Assembly (NCBI RefSeq): GCF_037042905.1
Contig: NC_087252.1
Location: 6,884,001-6,948,000 of the forward strand
DNA: 64,000 nt
From: Lytechinus pictus
Lineage: Eukaryota
Direction of reading: 5' to 3'
Every line of letters begins with the position of its first letter. Within the stretch, counting starts at the first letter, position 1. Of this stretch, positions 40,601 to 55,600 are shown one piece after another. The notes beneath the pieces are model-generated. The model searched no databases, was not told the origin of the DNA, and saw only the letters and a program-made list of their open reading frames with translations. The position numbers and the translations under genes were made by a program.

Positions 40601-43600
40601 AATGGGATTTAAAAAAAAAGTCTCAAAGAACGCCTTTATTATTTGAAGGATTTGGGTTTTCCCCTATTGGAAATAAAATCAAATATATATCTGTTGAAAT
40701 GAATTTATCCTTTGTCATCCTATTTCCGTCAGTTAATGTGTATGTATCTCAGTAAAATTTACGCGTGAACGTTTGAATTTACGTTAATACTAGCTTGTGT
40801 GTTGAGGCGAAGTGTGTATGGTTAGAAATGTGAGTGTGTTCCGTTCTTTTCAATGGTATAGGATGTTGTAAAGTTTGGTATAAATATGTGTGGTTATTTA
40901 GTATGGGCTGTTACAGTATCGGGTTTGAGGGTGTGCGCGAGTGGATGAATGTGTGGTGAGTGAGTGCAAGGTTGTACGGGCGTATTCGTAAGGTGAGTTA
41001 GAAGAGTGTGTGCATGCACGGGATGCGAGTTGTGTGTCAGAGGACGGGAGTGTTAGAGAGGGAGTGATGTGTTCGAGTGTGAGAGAGTTGTGTGTGTATG
41101 ATAGGGAGCAAATGTGAAAGTGCAGGCAGTGTCTGTAAAAGTGTGTGTATCTTTAAAGATAAGTGTGAGTGCGTGGGTGTGTGTGAGATTATCTGAGTGG
41201 GTGTCTGGGTGAGTGTGCGTGTTTTTTTTCATGTGGGGGAGAGAAAATGGTGTGCAAAATTTGTGGGTTTGGTTTAATGGAGATATGTACCTATTATAGA
41301 TTAATTGTAGTCATATAAAATGTGAGCGTGGGTGTTGCCTTCTAGGGTGTGTGTGTATGTGTGTCCGACAAAATATTTTTCCTTCTACTTACCTCTTATT
41401 ATTCTTTGACTCATGGAACTCTAGTGGATAAATATATAAATATACACGTTTACAATAGAGTGATGAAGGAAAAAATGTAGCCATATGTAAACTGAGATGG
41501 CAAAATAAATTCAAGAGAGCACTCGAGGTCAAGATGCTCAAGATTTGATATACCTTTGCCATCAACTTTCAGTTTTATCTCCCCTTTATAAAACATTAAC
41601 GTATCGATGATTATTTAATATCCCACCTACTTGAATTATGGTATAGTAATTCTAACACGATCTTACTCAGCGGAAATATGCTCAGATCTAGTTAGATAAA
41701 CGACAAGACACGATATGAGTAGCGGGGGGGGGAACAATGTTGCTTTAATGTGTATTTTCATGATCATCAGAAAAAAATATATTCCAACTTTGCACCTTTA
41801 CAAATATTAGACGAGGAACACCTTTAAAGTTGCACCTTTGAACATGTTCCTCTTGTGTTGGAGTTATACTCTTTTAAATTAAACAAGGGTTAACTTATTA
41901 CATTACATTACTTCTTCTTTTACATTCACATTTACTCTATGTGAATATAACTACTCAGTAATCACCTGGTTTGGTTTTTCCCCTAAGAAGAATGAATTGA
42001 ACAATGTTGACGATGATAGAAGCTACTAAGAGGATGGCTAAAATAGCTATTCCAGCAGATGCTCCAGAACTCAAACCAGACGGTGCACAAGGACATGGTG
42101 TAGGCTCGGGTGTAGTCTCTGGTTAGTGAGAGAGTTTTATATCAGATGTTAATATAGATTGTGGAATTTATTTCATATGAATTAATTCGTAAACCTGTAA
42201 AATCCGATTGATCATAGATTATATTTCAACCATAATCATAGATTATACTACAAACATACAGCAAGAGGTAGAAGGTCCATGCTGCAACCCAGTTTTCGGG
42301 ACGACATTCTATAATAAAACCCGTGCAGTATGTCAGTCATGTATGGTCTCATTTCTAAATCTAATTATATGTCCATAATTATTTTCAATCTTCAAATTTG
42401 CCGCAAAACATATAACAAAATAGTAAAATAAATCACTGTCCTAAACTGAATTTCCTTTAAAAGACAAGAAGAAAAACGTCTCGGCCCGGATTCACAAGGA
42501 GGAATGACTAAGTTCTATAGAGCTAGATAATAACTTAGGGCTGAGCTAAATTCTAGGGGGTTAGAATTTGTATTTCACAAAGAAGGGTAATGTTAACCCA
42601 ATAGTTAAAAAGGTAGTGAATTAAATATAATTAAATATAACAATACATGGGTTTACAACTAATCAGTTGCATACGTAGTCGACAACTGTTAAAATGCACC
42701 ATATACGGGTAATGGGCTACATTTTTATTTTACAAAGTTTCAAAGTGGCGAAGATGAAAGTCTAATTTTGAAGAATGTGATATCATATCTACAATAATTT
42801 CCTACTAAATCTGCATCTCTCCCACTTGGGTTTTGCGCCACCCCCATTATTACATATATTTCACAGTATTTTAGTCATTCATTGTTCATGTTCAAACATT
42901 AAATTAATGTGTTTGTGCTGGTGATGTGGTGTACTAAAGAGGTGCCTCGGCCTTTTGTCGGTATGTTTGAGGGAGGGTGTCTTTGAACTTTTTGAAGATA
43001 TTCCTTTTAACGAAAAAGTATTTCACTAACTTATGGCAGTATGATGGGTTTGATAGACATGCAGTATAATGACTTACTGAAAACATTTACGATAAATATA
43101 AATGAAATTCTAATGATAACATTAAAAATGATAATAGAGATAGCATTAATAATTATTGTTATAATACGAACAATAGAAATAATGATCATAAATAATATTT
43201 ACAATAATAATAATGATCACAATGATAATAACGGTGATAATAAAAATAACATTAAATGATAATAAAACTAACAATGATCAGAATAATAATTATAATAATG
43301 ACAATATTATCATATAATGTAAATACTACTAATAATAATTGGTATTTCGTAGCACCATTATCCTATAAATATTCTATTCGGCTGCGCAGTGTTATTTTTG
43401 TCATTATAAGATAGAAAAGGGACTTCCCAAAAAATATCCACCACCGAAAGAGGAACCTTATAAATAACATTTTGAAAGAAATGAATTTACTCTTCGTCTG
43501 GAGCTCAGGAAAACAATAGTAAACGGACTTTGGACCCTAATTATATCTTGAATACCAAAGCGAATTCGCATGATGTGTGCAAATAAATATCATATTGACA

Positions 43601-46600
43601 TTGATCTTTCCATACATAGTTTATATTAATGTGTAATTGATACTAATCAATAGATCATTTAATTCTCTTTAAAATTATACCCTACATGATGTGATTGTGG
43701 TTCACGCGGAGGTGCAGTGCCTTGAAATGTGGGGCAAGGTCAAAATTCAAAAGTTGCAAAATTACACAATATTGAAACTCACTGTTCTTTTTATCCGTGA
43801 TGATGAGTGAGTTATTCAGCGGTTTTTTTTCATGCACCTTAACATCAACCTTAATATGGAATCAAACACACCTCTGCACAAGCAAACACATAACAAACAA
43901 GCATACATGCATGGGTATTTCAAAACACGACTCAAACTTTGTTATCTCACAGAACCATGCATGACTACATAAACCACAACAAAACATCAAAAATGAAGAA
44001 AAAGGGGCTTGATTTGAATGGATTTTTTATCTCTATTGACACATAAACAAGAATAATGTTCTTTAATGACCCTTCGTGACTATTTCTGCTCCTTTTGCAG
44101 CTTTTCAATTCAGACCTCATCCAACAATTTTGAATAATGCTCTTTTCGTGATGGCATGATCATAACAAGCATGGTATCAATTTAAAGATAATTAAATGAT
44201 CTTTTGAATGATATCAAATATACACTGTGTGAAATTTGAAGAAATTAATGACCAAACTCAGATTTTCAAACTTTTTTGAGGGGTATATTTAGAAAAGTAA
44301 CCCTTCTTACTATACAGTGCGTCCCAGAATAAAGGAAACCGAGATTTAGCGATGATTTATCATAACTTAATCATAAATACAATAGACAAATGACCTACCA
44401 ATGTAAAGCTTAGAATCTCCTCTTTCATCTGATATTACTAAGATTATTCCTAATTCACGCATGAGTGAGCAAAAACAATTTGAAGAAAGGATACCAAAAA
44501 CTCATTTGGCGGGGGGTGTCTGAATTTCAAAAAAAAAATCACATGCCTAAAAAGTTCAATATCTGCTCTTTTATTTGATACCTTAATCACAGAAAATGGT
44601 CAAAAAGTAAAAAAGTTATATTTCCTCGAAACAATGCTTGTATTTCCATAATTTCATTAAATAAACGTGCTTTCACCGGTTTCCCACAGAAGCTATCGCA
44701 CGGTTAACAAAAGACTTAATGCATGGCTGATCGTCAACTAAACGGAGTGTCGAGTGAGTTTGAACGCTAGCCTGTAAAACCTCTTCATTTTATGAAATTA
44801 TTGAAATTCAAGCTTTTTTTCAAATAACCAGAACTTTGTTTTTCCTTGACCATTTTCTGTAATTGAGGTATCAAATTAATGAATAGATATTGAACTTTTT
44901 AAAAATGTGGTTTTCTTTTTGAAACCCAGATACAGCCCGCCTAATGACTTTTTGGTATCCCCTCTTCAAATTGTTTTTACTCACTCATGCGTACATGTGA
45001 CATAATCTAAGTAATTTCAGATGAAAGAGGAGATTCTAAGCTTTACAAAGGTAGGTTATTTGTCTATTGTATTTGAGATTAAGTTATGATAAATCATCGC
45101 TAAATCTCGGTATCGTTTTGTATGGGACGCACTGTATATCAATCACTATGGCTTTTGTAGCGCACAATCTATCCGCCAAATATCTTTGCTCCATGCTTGA
45201 TGACAATCCCCTCGTTTGATTTGCTCCAGTGAATCACTTTTTTGCCTTCACGCAAACCATATGTAGTATTAAGCTTAATATGAAATTTTAGCAAAAGGTG
45301 TAATCTTTACTTGCTTTGAACATATATACAAAGACAGGGGAGAAGCAAGTAATTCTTAAAATAATAGGAGCATTTTGGAGGTATCATCCGCCCAACTCCT
45401 CTAAATCTAAAATTTGATATATTCAATTCTCTATCAAGGTAATGAACCAATTTTAGACCACTAACGTCCACATATTGGTGTACATTCTGATGGTAAAAGT
45501 AGAGTTGTTTCATTATTTTTTGATAAATTTTCAGCTCTTGCGCTTTGTTTTCTCATATAACATCGAGTGGGGCAGCGATTTTTGGTGCTCAATAGCCCAT
45601 ACTTATTCAACAAAATCAGTGCCACTATTGGAGTCTACATTTTGGGGCATACTGGACCATTGTCCTTTTCACTTGTCCTGATGTATTATTTGACCCTTCA
45701 AACCATAGTTTAATATAAATACCACAATCATATCTCTCAGGTGGATTTTTAACGAAGTATGTCAATTTTCTTAGTATCAGCAGTAAATTTAGACTCCAAT
45801 TTCTTGAAGCCATCTTGGATTTTTGGACATACTGGACCACTGAGTGTTCTTTTTAACTTGTCCTAATGTATCATTTCACCCTTCAAACCATATGATGGTT
45901 TAAACAACAAATGATCCCGGGCAGATATCAAATGGACTATGTCTATTTGTGATCAGTCATTTTATAATCCATTTTTGAAGCCATCGTGGATTTTTGGACA
46001 TACTTGACCACTGAAATTAAAGTAATAGTTGAATTGTAAATTGGCAGCCATTTTTAGGTACCAGCTGGTCTACTCGTGTTTACTCATTTTTGTTTTTCGT
46101 TTAACCCCTGTTACCCATTTAAACCATGAAATATGCACCGAAATTTGGATGTCTAGTGTAGACAGCTTGTTACCTGAAATCTCATTTTCTTAAACCTATT
46201 TTGGCATAACGCTCTTTTCCTATTTATTATTATTCTTCACAAATATAGGAAGGTCGCAATATGTAGCTGGATACGTTATGAGGGCAACATCTATTGTTTC
46301 GATTATATTCTTATTCAATTGTTTATTACATTTTCAACTAAGACATGAAGAAATAAATGGTCAGTAATTTTCATTTGAGAACTTTGGGGGACTGCACAAA
46401 TAGCCCACTAGACCGTTTTTTCATATTCGTAATTTCTAACCCCCATCCCCCAAACACACACACGCACTAGGCAGAATATTTATGTACACACCATTTGACT
46501 GGTCAATCCCGAATATGTACCTGAATTCGTCTTTTTGAATAGCCCCACCACCCCTACCCCTTGAATTTAAAATTTCAAAAAATAGATGTAACAAATAGGG

Positions 46601-49600
46601 ACATGAATAAACTTTTTACTTATTATTATTTCGTATTCACGACGGGTGTTATTTGTGAAGGTGTATTAGGCATGTTAGGTGCATATTAATAAAAACGATA
46701 TTACCAAAAATGTGTTTGAAAAATCAAACTGACATTGTCACCAAGAATAAACAATAAATAACCCAAATACATACAAAAGAATGATAAAAGCACAAAATTG
46801 GATGAAGGAAAAGAAGATTATCAAAGGTCAACATACCCTCCGTTGATTTCGAGGTGTGATCGTCTATACCAGTTGGCGTTCCTTTCAAGTGAGTTTGATC
46901 AATGAAGAAAACAAATATTTGAAAGTGTTACAGTATATCTGCTAAACCTGGGTGAAAATTGATAAATTTTATCACATAAAATCAAACTAAAATTTTTTTC
47001 CCCTGATGGGTTCATGATTGGTTTATGATATTGTTAGTTTTTCATTATATTGTTTGCATGTGGTCTTTGTTGGCCTAATAAAACAAATAAATACAAAAAC
47101 ATATCTAAGTAAAGGTGGAAAATATAACCCTGGCTTACATCAGTAATTACATTTGCAATGTAGTGTCTAAAACAAAGGTTAATACACCATAATGTTTTAC
47201 GTAGATTGACTGACAACGTTATCATGGTTATGATTCATAGTCGCTGGTATATTGTGCAGGATTCTTTCATATTAATCCTAAATAAAGTATTGGTTTTGTC
47301 TTGATACCGTTTTGATATTCAAGTGTGTAATATCCATTGAGTAATTATTTGGAGAAGGTGAAAAAGGATATGACCATCTGCACGATGTAACAAATAAAAT
47401 GTTGCATGTAATTCACAATTTCGTGCAAATATTATATTATAAAATGATTAAAGTAGGCCTACATACCAGCTGTCGGGGGAAGACTGGCCGTTCCTGATAT
47501 TGAAAACAACAAAAATAATTTAAAAAATAGTTTTAAAAAATAGATGAATATTTTTTTTACATGAAAATATAAATAAATCTCCATCGTCTCCCCGTGAATG
47601 TAAGATTATTGACCAGGAATTCGTACACCGCACAGCCTTCCAATATGCCGCCATCGGGTCTTTTTTGGCCACATTGCTCACTGAGTTTGAGGAAGGTTGA
47701 CATGGTTTGTAGAAAGCCACAATCAAAACTTCCATGTTGATTTTTAAATGGCAATTTCTCATTTTTATTAGAAAATAGATAACGAATGAAAAAAATTGGG
47801 ATAGGGTGAATTTGATTGCTTTTTCTTCGCATTGTATATATGTACTAGCTTTTAAACAAAATGAGTCTCATGAATGCTTGTTATTGTCATTATTGTGTTT
47901 ATCTCTTTTGTACCCTTTTTTTTTTTTAGGGGGGGCGAGGGGTCTATACAAAGGCAGTTTCCCCTACAAACATGACATACACATACAAATCACTTATACA
48001 CTTTACTGCATAGCCAAAAACATATTTACGAGCACACACAAGCGTGCCCCCACCCCGGCAAACCCTCACACACACGCACGTGCGCACACACAACCTTGCA
48101 CTAAAAGCTGAATTCTGGATATAAAAGAATCGACAGGAGGAAGGGGCTTTGGGGCTATAAGAAAATATAAAACCTGCGGGGTCACAAGAAAATCCTAAAC
48201 AAGAACAAACTTATCACATGGAAGGGTTGAAATCTTGAGGTTTCCAAAAGCGACAAGAAAGAAGATTTTTTTAAGGTAAAGATATATATATATAAGAATC
48301 AGAATTTTGAAGGTATATTTTCTTACTTATTGGGTCATATGTAACTGCTGCACTAAGTGATGTATTTCCAAGGTAATTACCAGCCATACACGTGTACTCT
48401 GTTCCAGCTTCAGGATTTGATACAGTGTACTCCTTCACACTATTCAGTGATTCATGTATCAGGGTTCCATTAGAGAATATATAGTAGTTTCTCATTGTTG
48501 GAGTAGGTTCATTCTGTGAAGTTCATGTTACTCTGATCCTATCTGTTCCCTCTGTTACATAATCAGCAGTGACAGTAGTACCAGCTGTAGATGGAGAGGC
48601 TAGGTTGGGAAAAGAAAAAGTATATTGAATAGATTAAAATCAGCCATGTTTTGTATTGTTAAATTCAATATCATAAGGGTGTCAAAGGTATTTCCCCTAA
48701 TAGTATGTTTATCTATCCTTGTATATGCACAAAGTAATGATAGGAAGAAAACAAAATTTCACTTCTGTTTTATTGGACATTGTACTCACACCGTGGTTTT
48801 CTCTTATAAAAAATAATAATGAGATTCTGAACAGGTAGCTGCCTTCCAGTTTATATATCATTGTATATCAGATCCATCAGCTTTTATTTAAATAAGGAAG
48901 ATCTCACCATACGAACAAATAGGCTGCCATGTTGTTCAGAGGGTAATCCAGTCCAAATTAAGTACTTTCAGGGAAAATTAAAAATCAGACGAGTAGATAG
49001 TAGGATGAAAGTAATGGAGACTTGAGATTGCAGCAATGGTGATGTCATAGTTATAGACAATGCCATGGCAACTCTTCCATTCTCTCCAATACATAAAAAG
49101 AAATTAAGGTTTTACTTCACATTATATTTTTATGTAATTCGGACATAAACAATACGCTACTTATGTCATATCATGGTCACTGTCCTAAGTAGCATGTAAA
49201 GTGTAGGCCTTCTTTAAAAATTACTATTCCTACTTACTATGAGTATCTAAATCTCTTGATTCCTGTCTTTCCAGCTCTGTAAGCTGATATCCAGTAGCCC
49301 GACATTCCAAAGTCTGTAAATGATTTTCTTGAGTTGCTGGGAATGTGAACACACTCTTCGTATTAGATAATGGTGGATTAGATGGTTCTGTTGGGTGTGT
49401 TTCAACTATTGTCTTCCCATTGCCATTAGTCTGTTCAGTTTCATTCAGATACCATGTGATGTTAACGGGTGGTTTGCTTCCAACAACTTCACACGTTGCT
49501 TCATACATATCCTCTCCACTACTACTTACAAAACTTCTTACAGTTGGTCCAGTTAAAGTTCCTGGAGCTAAATTAAGAAGTATAAATCAGAAAAAAATAT

Positions 49601-52600
49601 GCAAGTGACAATTTTATGATACACATTATTTTGGTTTATACCAACTTTCATATGGGACCCTATAGAAAACGAGTGGAATACTGGTCTTAAAAATAATTAA
49701 ATAATTATAGGAATAAAGAAAATTTTGACAAAATTAAAAGCTGATCTGTCGATTTTGACAGACCACCGAATTATGATTTCATGTAAAAATTAAGAAATTG
49801 TAAAATGGGGTCATGAAATTGTCAACAGCATCACATGTTCCTTCATACATATCCTCATGGTTTACCAAGGTACTAATCACATTCAATGTCATACTTGGTG
49901 CAGCTAGAGAAGGAATAATGCAGGGTAATCCATTTACTATAAATGATATCACTTATCCTTTAGCCTTTGTTTAGGAAAGGCCTCTAAATCTAAATCTTAG
50001 GTCCTAAGTGGAAATCAATAAAAACTACATTCGAATGAACTCACTTCGTAGCTTATTTTTCAGTTTGCATTCCGGTATCAGACTAACTTTCTTCCTCTCT
50101 TTTTTTAATTTCCTCTCCTTCTCTCTCTTTTTGTACTCTCCCTCTTGCTCCCTCCTTCCGAATCTTTCATCATTTCTGTTGATCCTTCTTGATGTAAATA
50201 ACTACTGTAGATCCAGCGCAATTTTCAATTGTCTCTTATTTCATATGTGTGTATCTATGCTGAGGTAGTATGACTTGAACCGATAAAAAAGCATACAAAT
50301 TAAAAACTAAGAAATTTCGTCAAAATCGGACAAGGAATTTCAAATGTATTACATTTATAATTTCCTTATTTCGTCAACGTTCTATACATGTCTTCGTGAA
50401 TATTCAAGGAGCAAACTGATGATGTCATATCCGCACCTGTTTTTTTTCTTTTACATGAAATTATGTTTTTCAAAGTTTGTTCTACGATAACTAAAATTGA
50501 TTTAGTGCATTAATTAGATATTCATCGCTGCAAATTATTTTATCATAAGGGATACATATCATACACACTCGTATCGAAACATGGAATAATTATGATTATT
50601 TGTAATAAAATTAGAAAAAGTAAAGTGTGAGTGTGACAAGGGTGACGAGACGTCCCGTATTTTAAGGGGCATTATTTTATTTCACAGATTGTCCAATGTC
50701 CCGTACGACTGTGTCCAGGACGCCGTTTTGTATCGTATTTCATGATTTTGAACACATTCAAGAGAGAATATTTTTGCATTTTACTTTGTTCTCGAATGCG
50801 AAAACAAGAAACGGAAACTCACGATAAAAAGATTTGTAAATCTTTATGTATTATTTTTGTGAAAATTTCCTTGATACCTACTAAGAAGAGAAAGACTATG
50901 TAATCAGCAGTAGATATAAACGTAGAGTGTGCGTTCATGCTCCTATTATAGCCTTTCAAAAATGTGTATTCATTAATGGCCATCATTCTAATTGGATTAG
51001 TGGCATAATGAACCAAGCCTGTAGAGGGACCACAACATAACTTAAGTGGGAAAATTCAGGCCTTTTTGGATGACAATCTAATTTTGTGATATATTTCAGA
51101 ATCATGTATATATTTTACCCATTTCCCTTCCCTGTTTCCCCTTCTGTTTTTCATTTATTTATTAATTATTTGTTTGTTTTCTTGGCATTGGACCCCCCCC
51201 CCCCCCCCTTCTGGGAGCACAAACATCTCCCCATGTATACGCCGGCAATTTGGTTTATTAAGTTGTGATATGTTTTCACTTCATTTCATTTCATTTCATT
51301 TATTTCACATTAAAAACCAATACACACAATTACAAAAGACAGAAAAGGAAATTACTCCATGTATATATAAAAGAGAGAGAGAAAAAAAAAACATACAACA
51401 AAATTAAAATACGATGGTAAATAATGTGACCGGGGCTAGAAAAAGCAGAGCTTATCGAGTCTAGCCCCGGCAGAAATGGAGAATACGAGAAGGAAGGAGA
51501 GGCCCACCCCGGGAGCACGTACGGTCAGAGGCATTAGGCACTCTGACCGTGACCAACTAAGCTCCTGGAGTAGCTCTCTCCTCCAGTGAACACTTTAAAA
51601 TCAACCTAATGGAAATAAGGGGGGGGGCAGAAAAAAAGGGAATTAAAACGAGTTACACACTGATTTTGTTTAATGATTATTTAGAATTGCACAGATAACT
51701 TTTGTATTTCATCTTAAACTGCCGTAATGACGGACTTTGTTTGATGTTATCATCTAAAGCAGACCATACTAGATCGCCCTGATACCTCACACTTCTCTGT
51801 CCTGTAGTGGTCCTGAAATATATGCTATGTAATTTCTTTGAGTTACGAGTATTATGACAATGGACATCACTATTGCATTTAAACCAATTTTGGAGTGATT
51901 TTGGTAGTAATCCCTTTTCAGACCTGTACATGAATTCTCCAAGTTGTAACTTACACAGTTCGTATATAGTTAGTACTCTAAATTGTTTAAAAAGGTCTTA
52001 TGTTGGCATATTCAGCGTCATCAACTTTTGCTTTTAAGAAAATAGCAAGGAAATGTGGGAACATCTGTTTGTCATTTTGAACATTTGTTTAGATTTCCTT
52101 CCTTTTTTCAGTGCCGATTTTTTGTATTTTTGTACTGCCATATTTCATATTCCTAAAGTCTACTTAGCAAAATGAGCAAAAACCAATGAGAGAAGGTTTT
52201 TTTTTTTGCTCATCCAAACAGAACAAAATTAGTACCCAATTTTCAAAAGTCAAAATTTAATATTATAAACATGGAAATTATCACGGAAAGGACAATATTA
52301 ACAAACATTTATACACAAATGCCTTATATTTTATTTGACCTGATTGCTTGTCTTTCCATATTCCCTTCCTATATTGTAAATCGGCACACTAAGACCTCAA
52401 GATATGGTAGACAGGTAAATTAAAATTAAATCACATCTATTCTCTCTGCATTGTTTTTAAAGAAGCAGATAATGGATAAATTCATCAGAATTATTTGCGG
52501 TATCTATGTAAATGAATCAAATCATGTGTCGATTACAGCATAAAACTAATCAACTACTCAACTCATGACAACAGACATACTGAAACTTCCCGTCCTATAC

Positions 52601-55600
52601 CAGTCCGAGTAAAATTAAATGAATGAACAGAGATACAATGGAACCTGATTTTTTTCCTCATTCAAAATTAAAAAAATCTTGAGAATATATTAATGAGGTT
52701 ATTTTGCATAATTTAGAAATAGGGGCGACAGCCCGGCGAGGGAATTGGTATTTAATAATTAATAATTTACTATCGGACCAACTAATGTAGATAGTGAAGG
52801 GGCTTGGTGGATTCCATAACTTCTGAGGACTAAGGAGAAAATGGGAAAAGGGAAGAAAACTAAAGGAAAGGGTGAATTATATTATAGTTTTCTCAAATAA
52901 GGTGTCGAAATCTAGAACACAAAATTATTTTTTTTAATAAACTTTCATTGCAGTACCACTTCAATCATGTAAAGATTACTTTGTTGCAGTACATTATATT
53001 GTTGACCACTTTATTATAACCATGGATCCTCCATGTTATAACCTTGCTACCGTTACAGTTACGAATATAGCAATGTCTTTCCTCTGTTATGTATACTACA
53101 AAAATAAAGACTGTTATAATATTGACTGAACACTTTATTATAATCCTGCTTCTGTAACCTTTCTAATCTATTTGCATGTGTATGTATGAACATGTCTTTA
53201 TTTTTGTAATACCAATGCAAAATACATCAATCATGTAAAGAGGTTTGTGCAGTTCTCATTCATTCAAATCACTTTGCTAGAACAATGTCACTGTTAAATT
53301 TACGGATAGTATTTCATAATTGCTAGCATTTTAAAATGTCAAATCATTTCAAATCATTTTCAATGTATTTGTTGTCTTTGTAACAATATGTTTACACGCA
53401 GACATGCAAGAGACGACTCTGTCTTACTTAAACTTTTAGGCCCTATCTATTCACACGAGTATTTTAGTAGTGTAATTCACAACTAATTTCTTATCTGTTA
53501 ATTCGTTACTATTGCTCTAATTTACTTTTCTCAATTGTATTATTTCTCTCTCTTTTTTTTCCCCTTTTCTCCTTTTTTTCTCACGCATTCTATGATTCAT
53601 GGATCTTATACATGATTTTATTTCGAGATCCAATCTATATCTTAATTTCAGTTGCTATTTTTTAATTTGTTTTATTTTCCCAATAAATTTCGTTATCAAA
53701 TCGCTTAGGTTCTTAATGTTGCTGATGTTCATTTGTATAAGGTTGTTGTGACAGTAGTTGAACATTATGTTTGTTTTTGTTTTTTCTTATGTCATCGTAA
53801 ATTGACTTTCCTTCAGTTGGTATTCGGTCAGAATGTATGAAATATCGGAACCGAATATAGGCATGGGACTTATCATAAAATAAAAGGTTTACTCACTGTG
53901 TACTATATCAGACCCCTCCCCACACAAACACAAACACTTACACAACACACACAGACACGCACACCCTCACACATACAAACAGATATGAATTCCTCGTTAC
54001 GGGCCTGAAATGTGTTTGAATATATCCATAAAAATTTGGTTATTCACTACTTTTAATGTTGCATTAACTGCAAGGATCACAGTAAGAACAATTCCAAGCA
54101 CTTAATAGCTTGTCCAATTTCACACCAGATGTGAACATCAAAATGAACTTTCACTATCCGGTGTCAGTCAATGGCCAGCCGCGCGGGATACCGTGTTGTC
54201 GATAACTGCATATAATGTCAGGCAGTACAAATTATACAAGATTAATTCATGTAAATTATCTTCAAACATTTGGGGTTTCTCTTGACATTATAAAATTGAA
54301 TGGTATACAAATAATGAATGTTTCTGAGAGCAATGGACACAATACTTCATGAGGTGAAAGATGAAATGATCCATTCAACGAGGCGTAGCCGAGTTGAATG
54401 GATCATACATTTCATATTTCACCGAATGAAGTATTGTGTCCATTGCACGAATGATAAGAACATTCATTATTTGGTTTATATGACACCTAAAATAGATTCT
54501 TTTTCATATGGAATTTATGAATTTCGATGCAAAATATGCTCATGCAGTGCGAGCTCGGTCTGTTGATTGTCGCGTACAGTATACAACCTATCACTGCACA
54601 TGCTGCAGCAGTCTCGTTGCGCCTGTGCAATGGACAAAATCGTATGGATCCAAAATTGCACGATGAATGGATCCAAAATTGCACGGTTGATGACGTCATT
54701 GTAAAATGGGCTGAATGGTCGATATCAAACAACCAATCAAATGACAAGGATCTATCTAAGTGTCATATAAAATTTGATAAGTAACTCAAAACATGCTGTG
54801 CATTTTACTCACCTTCCACCACAAAGTCCATACTACCATCAGTACCCGCAATATCACATCGATAAATCCCATCATCTGTTACTTCTACACTAGAAATGGT
54901 CATCACTGAATGTGTATCTGTTAATGATGTTACATCAAAGTTACTGAAATTTTCATCAACAGTGTTGCGGGTCGTTCCAACAAAGATAATTTGTTCTGTA
55001 CTGTCATCTACCCATATAATTAAAGGTGCTGTTCCACCTGAAATATCACATGTGAGTGTGACATCAGTCCCAGCTGCTGCTGGTGAAGTACCGGTTATAG
55101 TTGCTGTTTGCCCATTGGTTCCTGGAATAAATCGGGTGAGAAATAAACAATTAATCAAGATGTTATGGTATATGAGGTAAAGTACTAAAATCGCTTTAGA
55201 ATACACAACATGTAGCCTCTTACAAAGTTTTGATTTAAAGCTTTGGTTGCCAAGTATTAACTTGACAGCTCGAAAGCCTTTCCCTTGCAAAAAACTGACC
55301 TAACCAAGTAGTAAAATTGACCGTTAGTTAAATGCAATTGTTCTTATATATTCGAATTACTAAAAAGTATTTTTTTTTTCAGATTATATTTTAAAGATTT
55401 ATATGCCAAAGATTATTGTTTAGGCGATAGAGCTGCCTAGCTAAAAACTAAACATGTTGTGTCTCACGGATCTAATCACATATATTTTGAACTAATCCCT
55501 CATTTTGATTAGTTGCTGATCAGTTAATCAACGACTCAGATATAAGAATGAAATCACCTCCTTTCGATCACTCCTAATCCTTTAACTGACTTCAAGATAA

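Noticed and set aside
48523..48525. TGA at a Cys position as selenocysteine
   Set aside because: No SECIS-like ATGA..AA..GA hairpin seen in the 3' region below 25006, the residue is a structural Ig disulfide Cys, and the copy has other lesions. A SECIS search would settle it.
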